Part shown: positions 1 through 8,977 of the stretch, in pieces | Position numbering within the stretch: the first letter of the stretch is position 1 | How the letters are laid out: each line of letters begins with the position of its first letter | DNA from: Gaiellales bacterium | Lineage (GTDB): Bacteria; Actinomycetota; Thermoleophilia; BMS3ABIN01 | DNA: 64,000 nt | Assembly (NCBI GenBank): GCA_003599855.1 | Contig: QZKG01000047.1 | Coordinates: 1,037 to 65,036, forward strand | Reading direction: 5' to 3' | The notes under the pieces: generated by a model | The model's input: only the letters and a program-made list of their open reading frames with translations | What the model was told of the DNA's origin: nothing | The model's database searches: none | Program-made: the position numbers and the translations under genes

Positions 1-636
1 ACGCCGCTGCTGCCGCCGCCGGAGAAGATGACTGCCGGTGATGAGGTGTAGTTGGCGCCGCCGCTAGTGATGTTGACCCCGGTGACGATGCCGTTCGAGA
101 CGACCGCTGTGCCCGTGGCTCCCCCATACCAGGAGAAGCTGACCGAGGGAGCTGATGAATAATTCGAGCCGCCGTTGGTGACAGTCACGCCCGTCACGAC
201 TCCCCCCGAGACGATGGCCGTCGCCGCCGCTCCGGCGCCGCCGCCGCTGGAGAAAGTCACAGTAGGCACTGCGGCGTTGCCGATGCCGCCGCTGGTGATG
301 TTGACCCCGGTGACGATGCCGGAGATGGTGGCCGTGCCGGCTGCGCCGGTGCCGCCGCCGCCGGAGAAGGTCACCGTGGGCGCCGAGGAATAGCCGCTGC
401 CGCCGCTGGTGATGGTGACCCCGGTGACGACGCCGCCGGTGATGGTGGCCGTACCGGTCGCCCCGGTGCCGCCGCCGCCTCCGGAGAATGTCACCGTGGG
501 CGCCGAGGTATAGCCGCTGCCCCCCGCCGTCACCGTGACCTTGCTCACCGGACCAGAGATGACCGCTGTACCGGTGGCCCTGTTGCCGCCGCCGGAGAAA
601 TAGACGGTCGGGGCGGAGGTATAGCCGGCCCCTCCC
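1..636 (-). repeat. Intragenic tandem repeats of about 37-40 aa (GGxxYxSAPxVxFSGGG...ATGTAxIxGGxVTGVxITx)
   Basis: Six units visible in translation. DNA motifs such as ccggagaa..tcaccgtgggcgccgagg and gttgaccccggtgacgatgccg recur. Confidence 0.9.
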
Positions 637-911
637 GGAGGCATGCGGCTCTCTGTCCCGCTCACCAGGTTCTTGACGTAGACGTCACCCGCAAGGCAGT
701 TCTGGGCCGCCGGGCAGCCCCAGGATTTGTTGCGGTAGTCCTGCCAGGCGATGTTATCGCCGCTGATGACGGGATTGACCTGATCGAAGGTCGTGGTGAT
801 GACCGGCGTCTCGGCGAACTCCGGGTTCGCCAGGGAAGCGCCGGCAGCAGGGACGGCCAGCGCCAGGCAGCACAAGGCAGCGAATATCCACAAGAGCCTG
901 TTTTGCGTCAA
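1..911 (-). CDS. Secreted surface protein, truncated by the window edge: signal peptide, one beta-propeller-like blade, then at least 6 Gly-rich GGSGYTSAPTVTFSGGG repeats
   Basis: Not in the ORF track; translated by hand. TTG at 911 follows a GGGGTAGGTGGGA RBS-like tract: MTQNRLLWIFAALCCLALAVPAAGASLA-NPEF...DQVNPVISGDNIAWQDYRN...GDVYVKNLVSGTESR, then repeats. The frame is open to position 1. Confidence 0.85.
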   Translation of the reverse strand, partial: MTQNRLLWIFAALCCLALAVPAAGASLANPEFAETPVITTTFDQVNPVISGDNIAWQDYRNKSWGCPAAQNCLAGDVYVKNLVSGTESRMPPGGAGYTSAPTVYFSGGGNRATGTAVISGPVSKVTVTAGGSGYTSAPTVTFSGGGGGTGATGTATITGGVVTGVTITSGGSGYSSAPTVTFSGGGGTGAAGTATISGIVTGVNITSGGIGNAAVPTVTFSSGGGAGAAATAIVSGGVVTGVTVTNGGSNYSSAPSVSFSWYGGATGTAVVSNGIVTGVNITSGGANYTSSPAVIFSGGGSSG

Positions 912-985
912 GATCCCACCTACCCCACGTTCTGTTGCCAGCCGCACCCGGCGCGCCGGTTCCATGATCACTTCACGAAATCATT

Positions 986-1033
986 AAAAAAGGACCCGGG
1001 CAAATCTTCGGCTATTGGATTCGCCCCCGGTCC
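986..1033 (-). terminator. Intrinsic terminator-like hairpin with T tract
   Basis: Minus strand GGACCGGGGGCGAATC-loop-GATTTGCCCGGGTCC followed by TTTTTT. Confidence 0.6.
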
Positions 1034-1162
1034 ATGTAATAAGCAAGTATTGCGATTGCCTTATTATGCCTTAGCTTATTCTACAGTTAAACCCAAAAAA
1101 CGCATGATGCATAATAACCAATTTTCTGGTTATTTCCGCCCGGTAGCAGGCTGCGCCGGCCC

Positions 1163-2632
1163 TCAGGCGCTGCGCATCCCCCTCAGCAGCCACCAGTCCA
1201 GGGGCAGACCCCAGTAGTGATAGCGGCAGCGGGCCGAGCTGAGAGCGCTGGCGACGTTCACGTAGAGCTTCCTGGCCGTGCTGCGCGCCGCCCGCCTCCT
1301 GACCCATTCCGAGGGATAGCCGTAGACCAGGTAGAACTCCCGCTGCTTCTGCCGGTTGCGGAACCTGTCATCCATCCAGGGCAGGTCGCCGCTCACGGTG
1401 GAGAACTGCGCCCATTCCTCCAGGGACCCGGGACTGTTCAGACCGAGCTCCACCGCCCGGTCGAAGAGCGCGTTGCCCGGGGTCGGAGCGTAGAAATGCA
1501 GCTGCGAGTTGTACTCGCCCACCACCTGCGACACCCTCTCCATCACGTCCCACGTCTCCTCGATCTCGGAATCGGTCTCGCCGGGGAAGCCGACGATGAA
1601 ACTGTAGGAGATCTTGATGCCGTGCCTGGTGGCCACCCGCGCCGCCTCGACGATGTCCTCGGGGGTGATGTCCTTCTGCATCGTCCCCAGCTGGCTCTCC
1701 GACCCGCTCTCGGCCCCCACCAGGAAGGCCCAGAGGCCGCTGGCCTTGAGCACGTCGAAGGTGTCGTCGGCGAACTTGCCCAGCTGCGGCGCGCGCGCGT
1801 TGGCGGCCCAGCCGAACTTCATCCCCCGCTCTACCATCTTCTGGGAGATCTCCCGCGCCCGGCGCTCGTTGACGAAGTAGGTCGAGTCGAAGTACATGAT
1901 GCCGTTGACCCCCAACAGGCTCTCGAGGAACTCGAGGTCCGAGAGGACCCGGTCCGGCGTGTAGGCCTTCCAGCGGCGGCGGTAGACCAGCGGCTCGGCG
2001 CAGAACTGGCAGCGCGCCGGGCAGCCCTGGCTGGAGACGTAATTGATCACCCGGCTGCCCACGTGCATGTTGTTGAGGTAGCGCTCCGGGCGCTCGATCC
2101 TGTCGTAAGGCAAACGGGGAAAGGTGTTGATATCAGCGACGCGGCGGTCGGGATTCGAAACCGTCTCGCCATCGCGGGTGAAGGTGATGCCCTCGATGTC
2201 GGTGAAGTCCTCGCCCTGGCTCAGCCGGTTGACCAGCTCCAGGAGCGTCAGCTCCCCCTGCCCGCGGACCACGGCGTCGACGTACTGGTTGCGGCTGGTC
2301 TGCTCCGGGAGGATGGAAGGGTGGTAGCCGCCCCAGATTATGGGCAGATCGAGACCGGCCCCGCGGACCGCGGCGGCGGCTTCCAGGGCGAAGTGGATCT
2401 GGGGCCCGGTCATGCAGCTGATGCCCAGAACCAGGGCGTCGCGGCACTCGTCCACCACCCGCCGTTCCCAGTCCGGCTCGACGTTGGCGTCGATCATGAC
2501 CACGTCATAGCCCTCAGCGAACAGCGGCGCCGAGACCGCCAGGGTCGGCAGGGGGACCCAGGTCCAGGGGTGGTAACTCTTCTTGAAATGGTTGCGCGGG
2601 TAGAGCAGCACTACCCTGTTCTTTTTATTCAA
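1163..2632 (-). CDS. Cobalamin-binding radical SAM protein
   Basis: N-terminal B12-binding region (GISCMTG, WGGYHPS, GQGE) and CxxxCxxC motif GCPARCQFC. Start moved from 2869 to TTG 2632 (after GGGGAA) to avoid a long overlap with the upstream gene. Confidence 0.88.
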   Translation of the reverse strand: MNKKNRVVLLYPRNHFKKSYHPWTWVPLPTLAVSAPLFAEGYDVVMIDANVEPDWERRVVDECRDALVLGISCMTGPQIHFALEAAAAVRGAGLDLPIIWGGYHPSILPEQTSRNQYVDAVVRGQGELTLLELVNRLSQGEDFTDIEGITFTRDGETVSNPDRRVADINTFPRLPYDRIERPERYLNNMHVGSRVINYVSSQGCPARCQFCAEPLVYRRRWKAYTPDRVLSDLEFLESLLGVNGIMYFDSTYFVNERRAREISQKMVERGMKFGWAANARAPQLGKFADDTFDVLKASGLWAFLVGAESGSESQLGTMQKDITPEDIVEAARVATRHGIKISYSFIVGFPGETDSEIEETWDVMERVSQVVGEYNSQLHFYAPTPGNALFDRAVELGLNSPGSLEEWAQFSTVSGDLPWMDDRFRNRQKQREFYLVYGYPSEWVRRRAARSTARKLYVNVASALSSARCRYHYWGLPLDWWLLRGMRSA

Positions 2633-2693
2633 ATTCCCCGTTCCGGATCTTGCTTTCACCGCCGGGCGGCCTTTGCGCAGGATCCCGCGGTCA

Positions 2694-4394
2694 TCAGCCG
2701 GGACCTCGATCCCTGACCAGCTCGAAAACGTGGACCATGCCCTCCTCGCCGCCCTCGAAGGTGCGGACGTGCCGCCAGCCGGGGTGGTTTTCGGCATCCC
2801 CCAGCAGGTCCTTGAGCATCGGCAGCCGCTCCCTGATGTCATCCTCGCCGATGACCAGCAGTTCCACACCTTTTAGTTTAGCGAATTCGTACGTGGCATC
2901 ATAGCCGGCGTAGGGCACCGACGTGACATGGCCGTCGGCATAGTAGGTGGCCGCGTACTCACGGCTCATGATGGAGCGGTCGCGACCGTACTCCTGGTTG
3001 ATCCACAGACCGGCCTCCTTGTAAACCAGCGGGTAGTAGCGGGAGGCTATCATCGTCAGCGAGAAGAGCAGCAGGGGCACGATCACCACCACCCCCACCA
3101 GTACCTGCAGCCGGCCGCCCCAGCGGGCGGCCGCGTCGACGCCGCGGACCCGCTCCAGGGTCTCCGCCGCCCAGTCCGCCGTCCGCGCCCAGCCGATGGC
3201 GACCATGACGATGGCGAACGGCACGTAGGGCAGGAAGTAACGGGGGACCGAATCGACGTTGAAGAGCAACAGGCCCGGGGTCATCATCAGCAGCAGGTAG
3301 CCGATGCCCGCCGCCCGCTGCCGGTCCAGCGCGGCGCCGAAGAGGCCGACGCCCAGGAAAGGTAGCAGCCACAGGGGGAAGACCAGCGGCAGCTTGTCGA
3401 AGTAGAAGATCTTCATCTGCTGGAAGAACACCCTGAGGCCCGATACGGGGTGATGGACCAGCCTCGAAACCGGGTCGGGATACTCCTCGAAAGTGTTGAT
3501 GAACAGCTCCTGGCCGTCATCGGTGATGCGCAGCATGACCCGGTCCCATTCCGGCGAGCCGCTGCGGATGCCCTGCTCGGCGTTGTACATCAGGGCCGGG
3601 TTCTTGCCGGTGTAGGCCCAGCGGTCAAGGTTCTCGTGCAGGAAGACCAGGTAAGGGACGGCGAAGACAAGGAAGAGCGCGATGAAGACCGCCATGGCGC
3701 GGATGACCCGGACCCACCTCTGGCGGCAAAGTGCGACGGCGGTGGCGAGAACAAAGAATAACATCAGGTAGAAGAGGGCGACGGGGTTGAGCAGGTAGGC
3801 GATGCCAAGGGCTCCCCCGCCCAGGGCGGCGCAGGCCAGCCGTCCGCGCTGGAGCATGTAGCGGCCGAAGATGACGGCTGCCAGCAGGAAGAACATGTAA
3901 GTGCTCTCGCTGTAGAGCCGCGCGGAGAAGTCGAGGAAGAGCGGCTCCGCCGCCATCAGCGCCGCCGCCATCAGGCCCACCCTCTCCCCGGCCAGATCGC
4001 GCGCCAGGACGAAGGTCAACAGCACCACCAGCACCCCGAAGGTGATGGAGACGCAGTAACCCGCCAGGATGTAGTTGCCGAGCACGGTAGCCAGCGCCGC
4101 GATGAAGAAAGGATAGGCCGGCATGAAGTTGACGCTGGTGATGCCGGTGATCTCCATGGGCCCCAGCCCGCGGTTGAGCGATTCGGCCATGTGGGCGTAG
4201 ACGGTCTCGTCCAGCTGGATCATCGGCTCGACCATCGCCGCCAGCACGCGCACCGCCAGAGCCGCAAGCAGCACGGTTACGATCAGGTATCGCGTTCGGG
4301 AATGGGGGATCTTCTCCGCGGGTTGCACGCTGGTGTTATGTTCTCCTGGCTTCGGGGGCCTCTGCCCTGCATTATCCCTGACGCCCCCGACCAA
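2694..4394 (-). CDS. GT39/ArnT-PMT-like (GT-C) membrane glycosyltransferase
   Basis: DE motif after TM1 (QLDETVYAHMA), MPAYP, LYSES, many TM helices. Paralog of 8978-10624. Start uncertain. Confidence 0.8.
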   Translation of the reverse strand: MVGGVRDNAGQRPPKPGEHNTSVQPAEKIPHSRTRYLIVTVLLAALAVRVLAAMVEPMIQLDETVYAHMAESLNRGLGPMEITGITSVNFMPAYPFFIAALATVLGNYILAGYCVSITFGVLVVLLTFVLARDLAGERVGLMAAALMAAEPLFLDFSARLYSESTYMFFLLAAVIFGRYMLQRGRLACAALGGGALGIAYLLNPVALFYLMLFFVLATAVALCRQRWVRVIRAMAVFIALFLVFAVPYLVFLHENLDRWAYTGKNPALMYNAEQGIRSGSPEWDRVMLRITDDGQELFINTFEEYPDPVSRLVHHPVSGLRVFFQQMKIFYFDKLPLVFPLWLLPFLGVGLFGAALDRQRAAGIGYLLLMMTPGLLLFNVDSVPRYFLPYVPFAIVMVAIGWARTADWAAETLERVRGVDAAARWGGRLQVLVGVVVIVPLLLFSLTMIASRYYPLVYKEAGLWINQEYGRDRSIMSREYAATYYADGHVTSVPYAGYDATYEFAKLKGVELLVIGEDDIRERLPMLKDLLGDAENHPGWRHVRTFEGGEEGMVHVFELVRDRGPG

Positions 4395-4447
4395 TAATAT
4401 AATACCAACTCAATCAAATAGGAAGGGTTTTGATCGGCCCTGGCCGC

Positions 4448-5566
4448 TCATGAGCCTGCTGGCGCCTGGCCGCGCAGGAAGGCGGCGATCTGGCCGGCCA
4501 CGTATTCCTGCTGCGCCGGGGTGATGCCGGGGTACGCCGGCAGCGAGATTATCTCGCCGACGGCGCGGTCGGTCTCAGGCAGCGCCATGTCGAACGAATC
4601 AGCGTAGGCTGGCTGCCGGTGTACCGGCACCGGGTAGTGGACCATCGCGCCCACCCCCGCCCGCCGCAGGTGCTCCAGCAGACCGTCACGGTCACGCGTC
4701 CGTGCCACGAAGAGATGATAGACGTGCCGCGCCCACTCCCGTTCCAGCGGCAGCGCGATGTCCAGACCCGCCAGCAGCTCGCGGTAGAGGGCGGCGGCGG
4801 CCCGACGCCTGCCGGTTGCATCGTCCAGGGCTTCCAGCTTGACCCTGAGTATGGCGGCCTGAAGCTCGTCGAGCCGGCTCACCTCGCCGCGGTAGACGTT
4901 ATGGTAGCGCTCTTCCCCCTGGCCGCAATTGGCCAGCGACCTGACCTTCGCGACCAGCCCTTGATCAGAGGAGGCGACCGCCCCCGCGTCGCCGGCGGCG
5001 CCCAGGTTCTTGGTGGGGTAGAAGCTGAAACAGGCTGCGGCGCCGATGGTGCCGACCATGCGCCCGCGGTAGAGGGCGCCGTGGGCCTGGGCACAATCCT
5101 CGATCACCGGGATGCCACGCTCAGCCGCGGCTTCCAACACCGGGTCCATGTCCACCGGATGGCCATAGAGATGCACCGGGATGATGGCGCGGGTCCTGAC
5201 CGTCAGGGAGCCCGCCAGCAGGCCGGGGTCGAGGCAGAATGTCTCCGGCTCGATATCCACCAGCACCGGCGTGGCCCCCACCTTGGAGACCGCCAGCACG
5301 GTGTTGACCGCGGTATGGGAAACAGTGACGACTTCATCCCCCGGGCCGATGCCCATGGCCTTCAGGACCAGGTAGATGGCGTCGGTGCCAGAGTTCACGG
5401 CAGCGACGGCGGCGCCCCCCAGCCAGGAGCCGAACTCCTCCTCGAAGGCCGCCACATTCTCACCGAGCACGTAGTTGCCGCTGGCCAGCACCGCCTTGAC
5501 GGCGGCGTCGATGCGCTCCTCCTGCTCCCGGTACTCCGCGGCCAGGTCGATGTACGGGACCTTCAT
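4448..5566 (-). CDS. DegT/DnrJ/EryC1/StrS family sugar aminotransferase
   Basis: VNSGTDA, IPVHLYGH, IEDCAQAHG, FSFYPTKNLGAAGDAG (PLP lysine), SRLDELQAA. ATG at 5566 abuts the upstream stop. Confidence 0.93.
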   Translation of the reverse strand: MKVPYIDLAAEYREQEERIDAAVKAVLASGNYVLGENVAAFEEEFGSWLGGAAVAAVNSGTDAIYLVLKAMGIGPGDEVVTVSHTAVNTVLAVSKVGATPVLVDIEPETFCLDPGLLAGSLTVRTRAIIPVHLYGHPVDMDPVLEAAAERGIPVIEDCAQAHGALYRGRMVGTIGAAACFSFYPTKNLGAAGDAGAVASSDQGLVAKVRSLANCGQGEERYHNVYRGEVSRLDELQAAILRVKLEALDDATGRRRAAAALYRELLAGLDIALPLEREWARHVYHLFVARTRDRDGLLEHLRRAGVGAMVHYPVPVHRQPAYADSFDMALPETDRAVGEIISLPAYPGITPAQQEYVAGQIAAFLRGQAPAGS

Positions 5567-5567
5567 G

Positions 5568-6647
5568 TCAGATGAACTCGAGGTGCTTGCGGTTGTCCAC
5601 GATCCATTCCTTAGCCAGGATGGCGGCGTCATGGAAGGGACAGTCGAAAATGGCGCACTGGGCCGGGTCGGTGGAGCGGAAGGCCTCGAAGTGCCGCTCG
5701 CTGTACCAGATCTCCGGGAAGGACTTCTCGTTGATGTTGCCGATGCGGTGCGTTTCCTGGCGATGCTGGAAGAAGGCGCAGAGGTAGACGGAGCCGGTGG
5801 CGTCGATCAGCGGGTGCAAGGGGTTCAGGAAGCAGCGGCCGATGACCCTGGTCTTGCGCAGGCTGCCGAAGACCTCGAAACCGTTGCTGCCCAGCCCCTC
5901 CGCCCGGGCAGCTTCCTCCCGCGCGTTCTTCAGGTCCTCCCCCTTGGGGGTGAACTTGCTGTTCCTGAGCGGCTTGTACTGCAGGTAGTCGAACCCCAGT
6001 TCTTTCGCCAGGGACGCCGCCTTCGTCAATTCACCGTAATTCCTGCTGGAAACAAGGAACTTGGCGCCGATGGTCGCCACCTCGGAGGCTGCGCCGCCAG
6101 CACGGGCGACGCGCTCCCGCTTCGCCTTCACCAGCAGCCCGATGGCATCCAGCAAACGATCGAACTGGTCGACACCGTGGCGCATCTTGTAGGTCTCGCG
6201 GGTGGCTGCGTCAAAGGCCAGGCGCAGGAACAGCAGGTTGTCCACCAGGAAGGGGGCCAGTTCCTCGTCGATCATGGTGCCGTTGGAGAACATGCCCACC
6301 TTGAGGCCGCGGCTCCGCATCAGCGCGATGGCCGGCACTATCTCCGGGTACATGAGCGGCTCGCCGCCGCCGGAGATCTCGATCCCGGCCACCCCCAGCT
6401 TGGAGGCGTCGATCACGGTCCGTTTCATGGCGTCGAAATCGAGGAAGCGCTCCTCGCCCTTGTGGAGCTCGAGCGAGTGGCAGCCCGGACAGAAATGGTT
6501 GCAGTCGTTGGAAAGGAAGAACTCCAGCGTCCTGGGCACCGGCATGTTGCCCTGGAGGATCCGCTGGATCTCCCGGTAGCATGACAGGATCTTCATGGAG
6601 CCGATGGGCGTCCGGTCGATGATCCTCTTGTCTTCCTGGTCTTTCAT
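5568..6647 (-). CDS. Radical SAM protein with SPASM/twitch domain
   Basis: CNHFCPGC, ISGGGEPL, C-terminal C..GSVYLC..IGNI..IW..C..C. Confidence 0.88.
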   Translation of the reverse strand: MKDQEDKRIIDRTPIGSMKILSCYREIQRILQGNMPVPRTLEFFLSNDCNHFCPGCHSLELHKGEERFLDFDAMKRTVIDASKLGVAGIEISGGGEPLMYPEIVPAIALMRSRGLKVGMFSNGTMIDEELAPFLVDNLLFLRLAFDAATRETYKMRHGVDQFDRLLDAIGLLVKAKRERVARAGGAASEVATIGAKFLVSSRNYGELTKAASLAKELGFDYLQYKPLRNSKFTPKGEDLKNAREEAARAEGLGSNGFEVFGSLRKTRVIGRCFLNPLHPLIDATGSVYLCAFFQHRQETHRIGNINEKSFPEIWYSERHFEAFRSTDPAQCAIFDCPFHDAAILAKEWIVDNRKHLEFI

Positions 6648-7414
6648 CGCCCTCCCTGCTTGTTTTGACTCAGCCTGTTCCTGCGGTACTCGCCCAGTCC
6701 GCGCCGCACGCGCAGGGTGCCCGTGAGCATCCTGACGCTCTCTTTCCAGACGTTCGTCTCGCCGCTCGAGGTGTCGTGCACCCAGGGCAGGTTGACCTCG
6801 ACTATCCTGAAGCCGGCCTCCCGCGCCTGGGCGAAGAACTCCACCAGTATCTCGAAACCGTCAGACCTGAGGTCGAGCTCGTCGAGCACCGTCCGCCTGA
6901 AGCCGACGAAGCCTGTCTGGGTATCAGACAGCCCCAGCCTGAACAGCGCCTTTATCAGGCCGATATATCCTCGGCTGAAGACCCTCCTCAGTAAAGGGTA
7001 TTCGGTCTCCTCGGACCCGTAGCGCGAGCCCACTGCCACATCGGCGCCCTCCAGGGCCGCGAGGAATGCGGGCACGGCCGCCTCCGCCGGCATCGCCAGG
7101 TCGGCGTCCATCTGGATGATGATACCGCCCCGGGCGGCCCCGTACATCTCCCGGTAGGTGTACCCGGCGCCCCGGTTCGGGTTATGCCCGGTGAGCCGCA
7201 CGGCCCCGTCGGCGGCGGCGATCTCCTCCAGGATGGCCGGCGTGGCGTCGCTGCTGCCGTCGTTGCCGAAGATGATCTCGTAGCTCTCACCGGAGAGCTC
7301 CAGGGCCTGCCTGATCTTCCCGTAGGAATCCCTGATGACCGCTTCTTCATTGTAACAGGGCACGACCACCGACAGCCGCGGCGCCCCGTCGTCCTGTCCT
7401 GCGAAACCACTCAC
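6644..7414 (-). CDS. GT2 glycosyltransferase (polyprenol-phosphate sugar transferase, DPM/ArnC-like)
   Basis: SVVVPCYNEE, NDGSSDAT, MDADL, VGSRY, SDTQTGF. Confidence 0.88.
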   Translation of the reverse strand: MSGFAGQDDGAPRLSVVVPCYNEEAVIRDSYGKIRQALELSGESYEIIFGNDGSSDATPAILEEIAAADGAVRLTGHNPNRGAGYTYREMYGAARGGIIIQMDADLAMPAEAAVPAFLAALEGADVAVGSRYGSEETEYPLLRRVFSRGYIGLIKALFRLGLSDTQTGFVGFRRTVLDELDLRSDGFEILVEFFAQAREAGFRIVEVNLPWVHDTSSGETNVWKESVRMLTGTLRVRRGLGEYRRNRLSQNKQGGR

Positions 7415-8805
7415 AGCAGGTCCTTGCGGTTCGGGTCGCGGCGCGAGGCGATGGCGTAACGGATGAACTCCCGCCCCGAGCGGGCCAGCTCCCCCGGGTG
7501 CCGCGCCAGCTTGCCCGCCTTGCCGATGATGTAGCCCGGCCGCAGGTAGTAGCGCCGGTAGAACTCAGCTTCGCGGTTGCCGTCATCCACATGGGTGAAG
7601 CTGCAGCGGTAGGGCAGGAGGCTGAAGTCGATGTTGTCCCGCTCCAGCTCGAACAGTTCGGTCTCGGGGTAGGGCGCCAGGGTCGAGACGGCGATGAACT
7701 CCAGTTTCAGCCGCCGCGCCAGCGCCAGGCTGGCCTCGAAATCCTCGCGGCTCTCCGCCGGCGCCCCGACGATGAACCAGCCGACCATCTCCAGGCCGCT
7801 CCGCCGCACCTCCTCGAGGTTGCCCATGATGTTCTCCAGGTCGTAGCCGCGCTTGAGGTAGTCGACCACCTTCTGGGAACCGCTCTCGATGCCGACGTAG
7901 ACCCGCCGGCAGCCGGCGGCCCTGAGCGCCTCCGCCACCTCGCCGTCGATGGTGTTGGGGCGGGTGAGGCAGCTCCAGTTGATGTCCCGGCCCAGAGCGG
8001 ACAGGCCGTCGCAGATCTCGAACACCCGCTTGCGCGATACTGTGAAAGTGTCGTCCATGAAACGGAAGTAGCGGATGCCGAAACGCTCCACGGCATCGGT
8101 CACCTCGCCCACCACGTGCTCCGCCGAGGCCAGCGCCAGCTTGCGGCCGAACGTCCTGACGCAGTAGACGCAGGGAAAAGGACAGCCGCGGGCGGACTGG
8201 AAGGTGGTATAAGGATGGCCGAAGAACGGTTCGCCGTAGAGGCTATGGTCGATGGCCGACTGGTCCGCGTAGGGGAGCCCGTCCAGCGACTCGATGCGCT
8301 GGTACTCGGCTGTGCCGATGCTGCCGTCCTCCCGGCGCCAGGCGATCCCGGCTATATCCGGCCGCTCCTCCCCTGCCGCCACGCGCCGGACGAGCTCGCC
8401 GAGCGCCAGGTCGGGCTCGCCCACCAGGACGAAATCCGACCCGCTGGCCTCGATGGTCTCGGCGGTGAAGTTGCTGGGAAGGTAGCCGAACGATCCCGCC
8501 AGAGCCCCCGGGACCTCGCGCTTGAGCGCTCCCAGGAAACCGACGTCGTTGTCAAAGTACTCGATGGCCATGATGGTGACTGCGATGTCCGGCCGGAACT
8601 CCCTGGCACGCCTGAGCGCCTCTTCAGCGGTGAGTCCTTCGGCGATGGCGTCCAGCAGCAGCACCTCCCCGCCGGCGGCCTTGCCCTGTGCGGACAGGTA
8701 CATGAGCTCCAGCGGCGGGAACAGGAAGTTGGGCGCGTTGTACGAACAGACGTACCGGCGCACGATCTTCGAGCGGTAAGGCGGGTTGATCAGAAGGATT
8801 CTCAA
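7411..8805 (-). CDS. Cobalamin-binding radical SAM protein
   Basis: ILLINPPY, PPLELMYL, RGCPFPCVYC, MDDTFT, GIESGS. Confidence 0.88.
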   Translation of the reverse strand: MRILLINPPYRSKIVRRYVCSYNAPNFLFPPLELMYLSAQGKAAGGEVLLLDAIAEGLTAEEALRRAREFRPDIAVTIMAIEYFDNDVGFLGALKREVPGALAGSFGYLPSNFTAETIEASGSDFVLVGEPDLALGELVRRVAAGEERPDIAGIAWRREDGSIGTAEYQRIESLDGLPYADQSAIDHSLYGEPFFGHPYTTFQSARGCPFPCVYCVRTFGRKLALASAEHVVGEVTDAVERFGIRYFRFMDDTFTVSRKRVFEICDGLSALGRDINWSCLTRPNTIDGEVAEALRAAGCRRVYVGIESGSQKVVDYLKRGYDLENIMGNLEEVRRSGLEMVGWFIVGAPAESREDFEASLALARRLKLEFIAVSTLAPYPETELFELERDNIDFSLLPYRCSFTHVDDGNREAEFYRRYYLRPGYIIGKAGKLARHPGELARSGREFIRYAIASRRDPNRKDLL

Positions 8806-8977
8806 GATATCGGCCGCACCCTTGTCCTGGGGAATCTACTATCAAGATTATAATCTACGGGCGGCGCATGGAGAAACCTGCATATGCCGGGCGCAGCCCG
8901 CCAGTGAGTATTCGGACAGTCGGGGCCCGGCCTTTAAATGCAGGGCTCACAGGCGGGCAGGACAGCAGCCGTCGCCT

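Noticed and set aside
1-636. Gly-rich repeats as evidence of a prophage tail gene
   Set aside because: The ORF has a Sec-type signal peptide and there are no phage genes nearby.
1217-2716. Long antisense ORFs here and elsewhere (e.g. 7498-8853, 19031-20494, 24887-26218, 31575-32990, 52313-53590)
   Set aside because: They shadow well-supported genes on the opposite strand and lack motifs; expected in high-GC DNA.
8843-8868. AATCTAC direct repeat and AGATTATAATCT palindrome upstream of the radical SAM operon
   Set aside because: Short, and adequately explained by a TATAAT -10 region; no second instance supports an operator.
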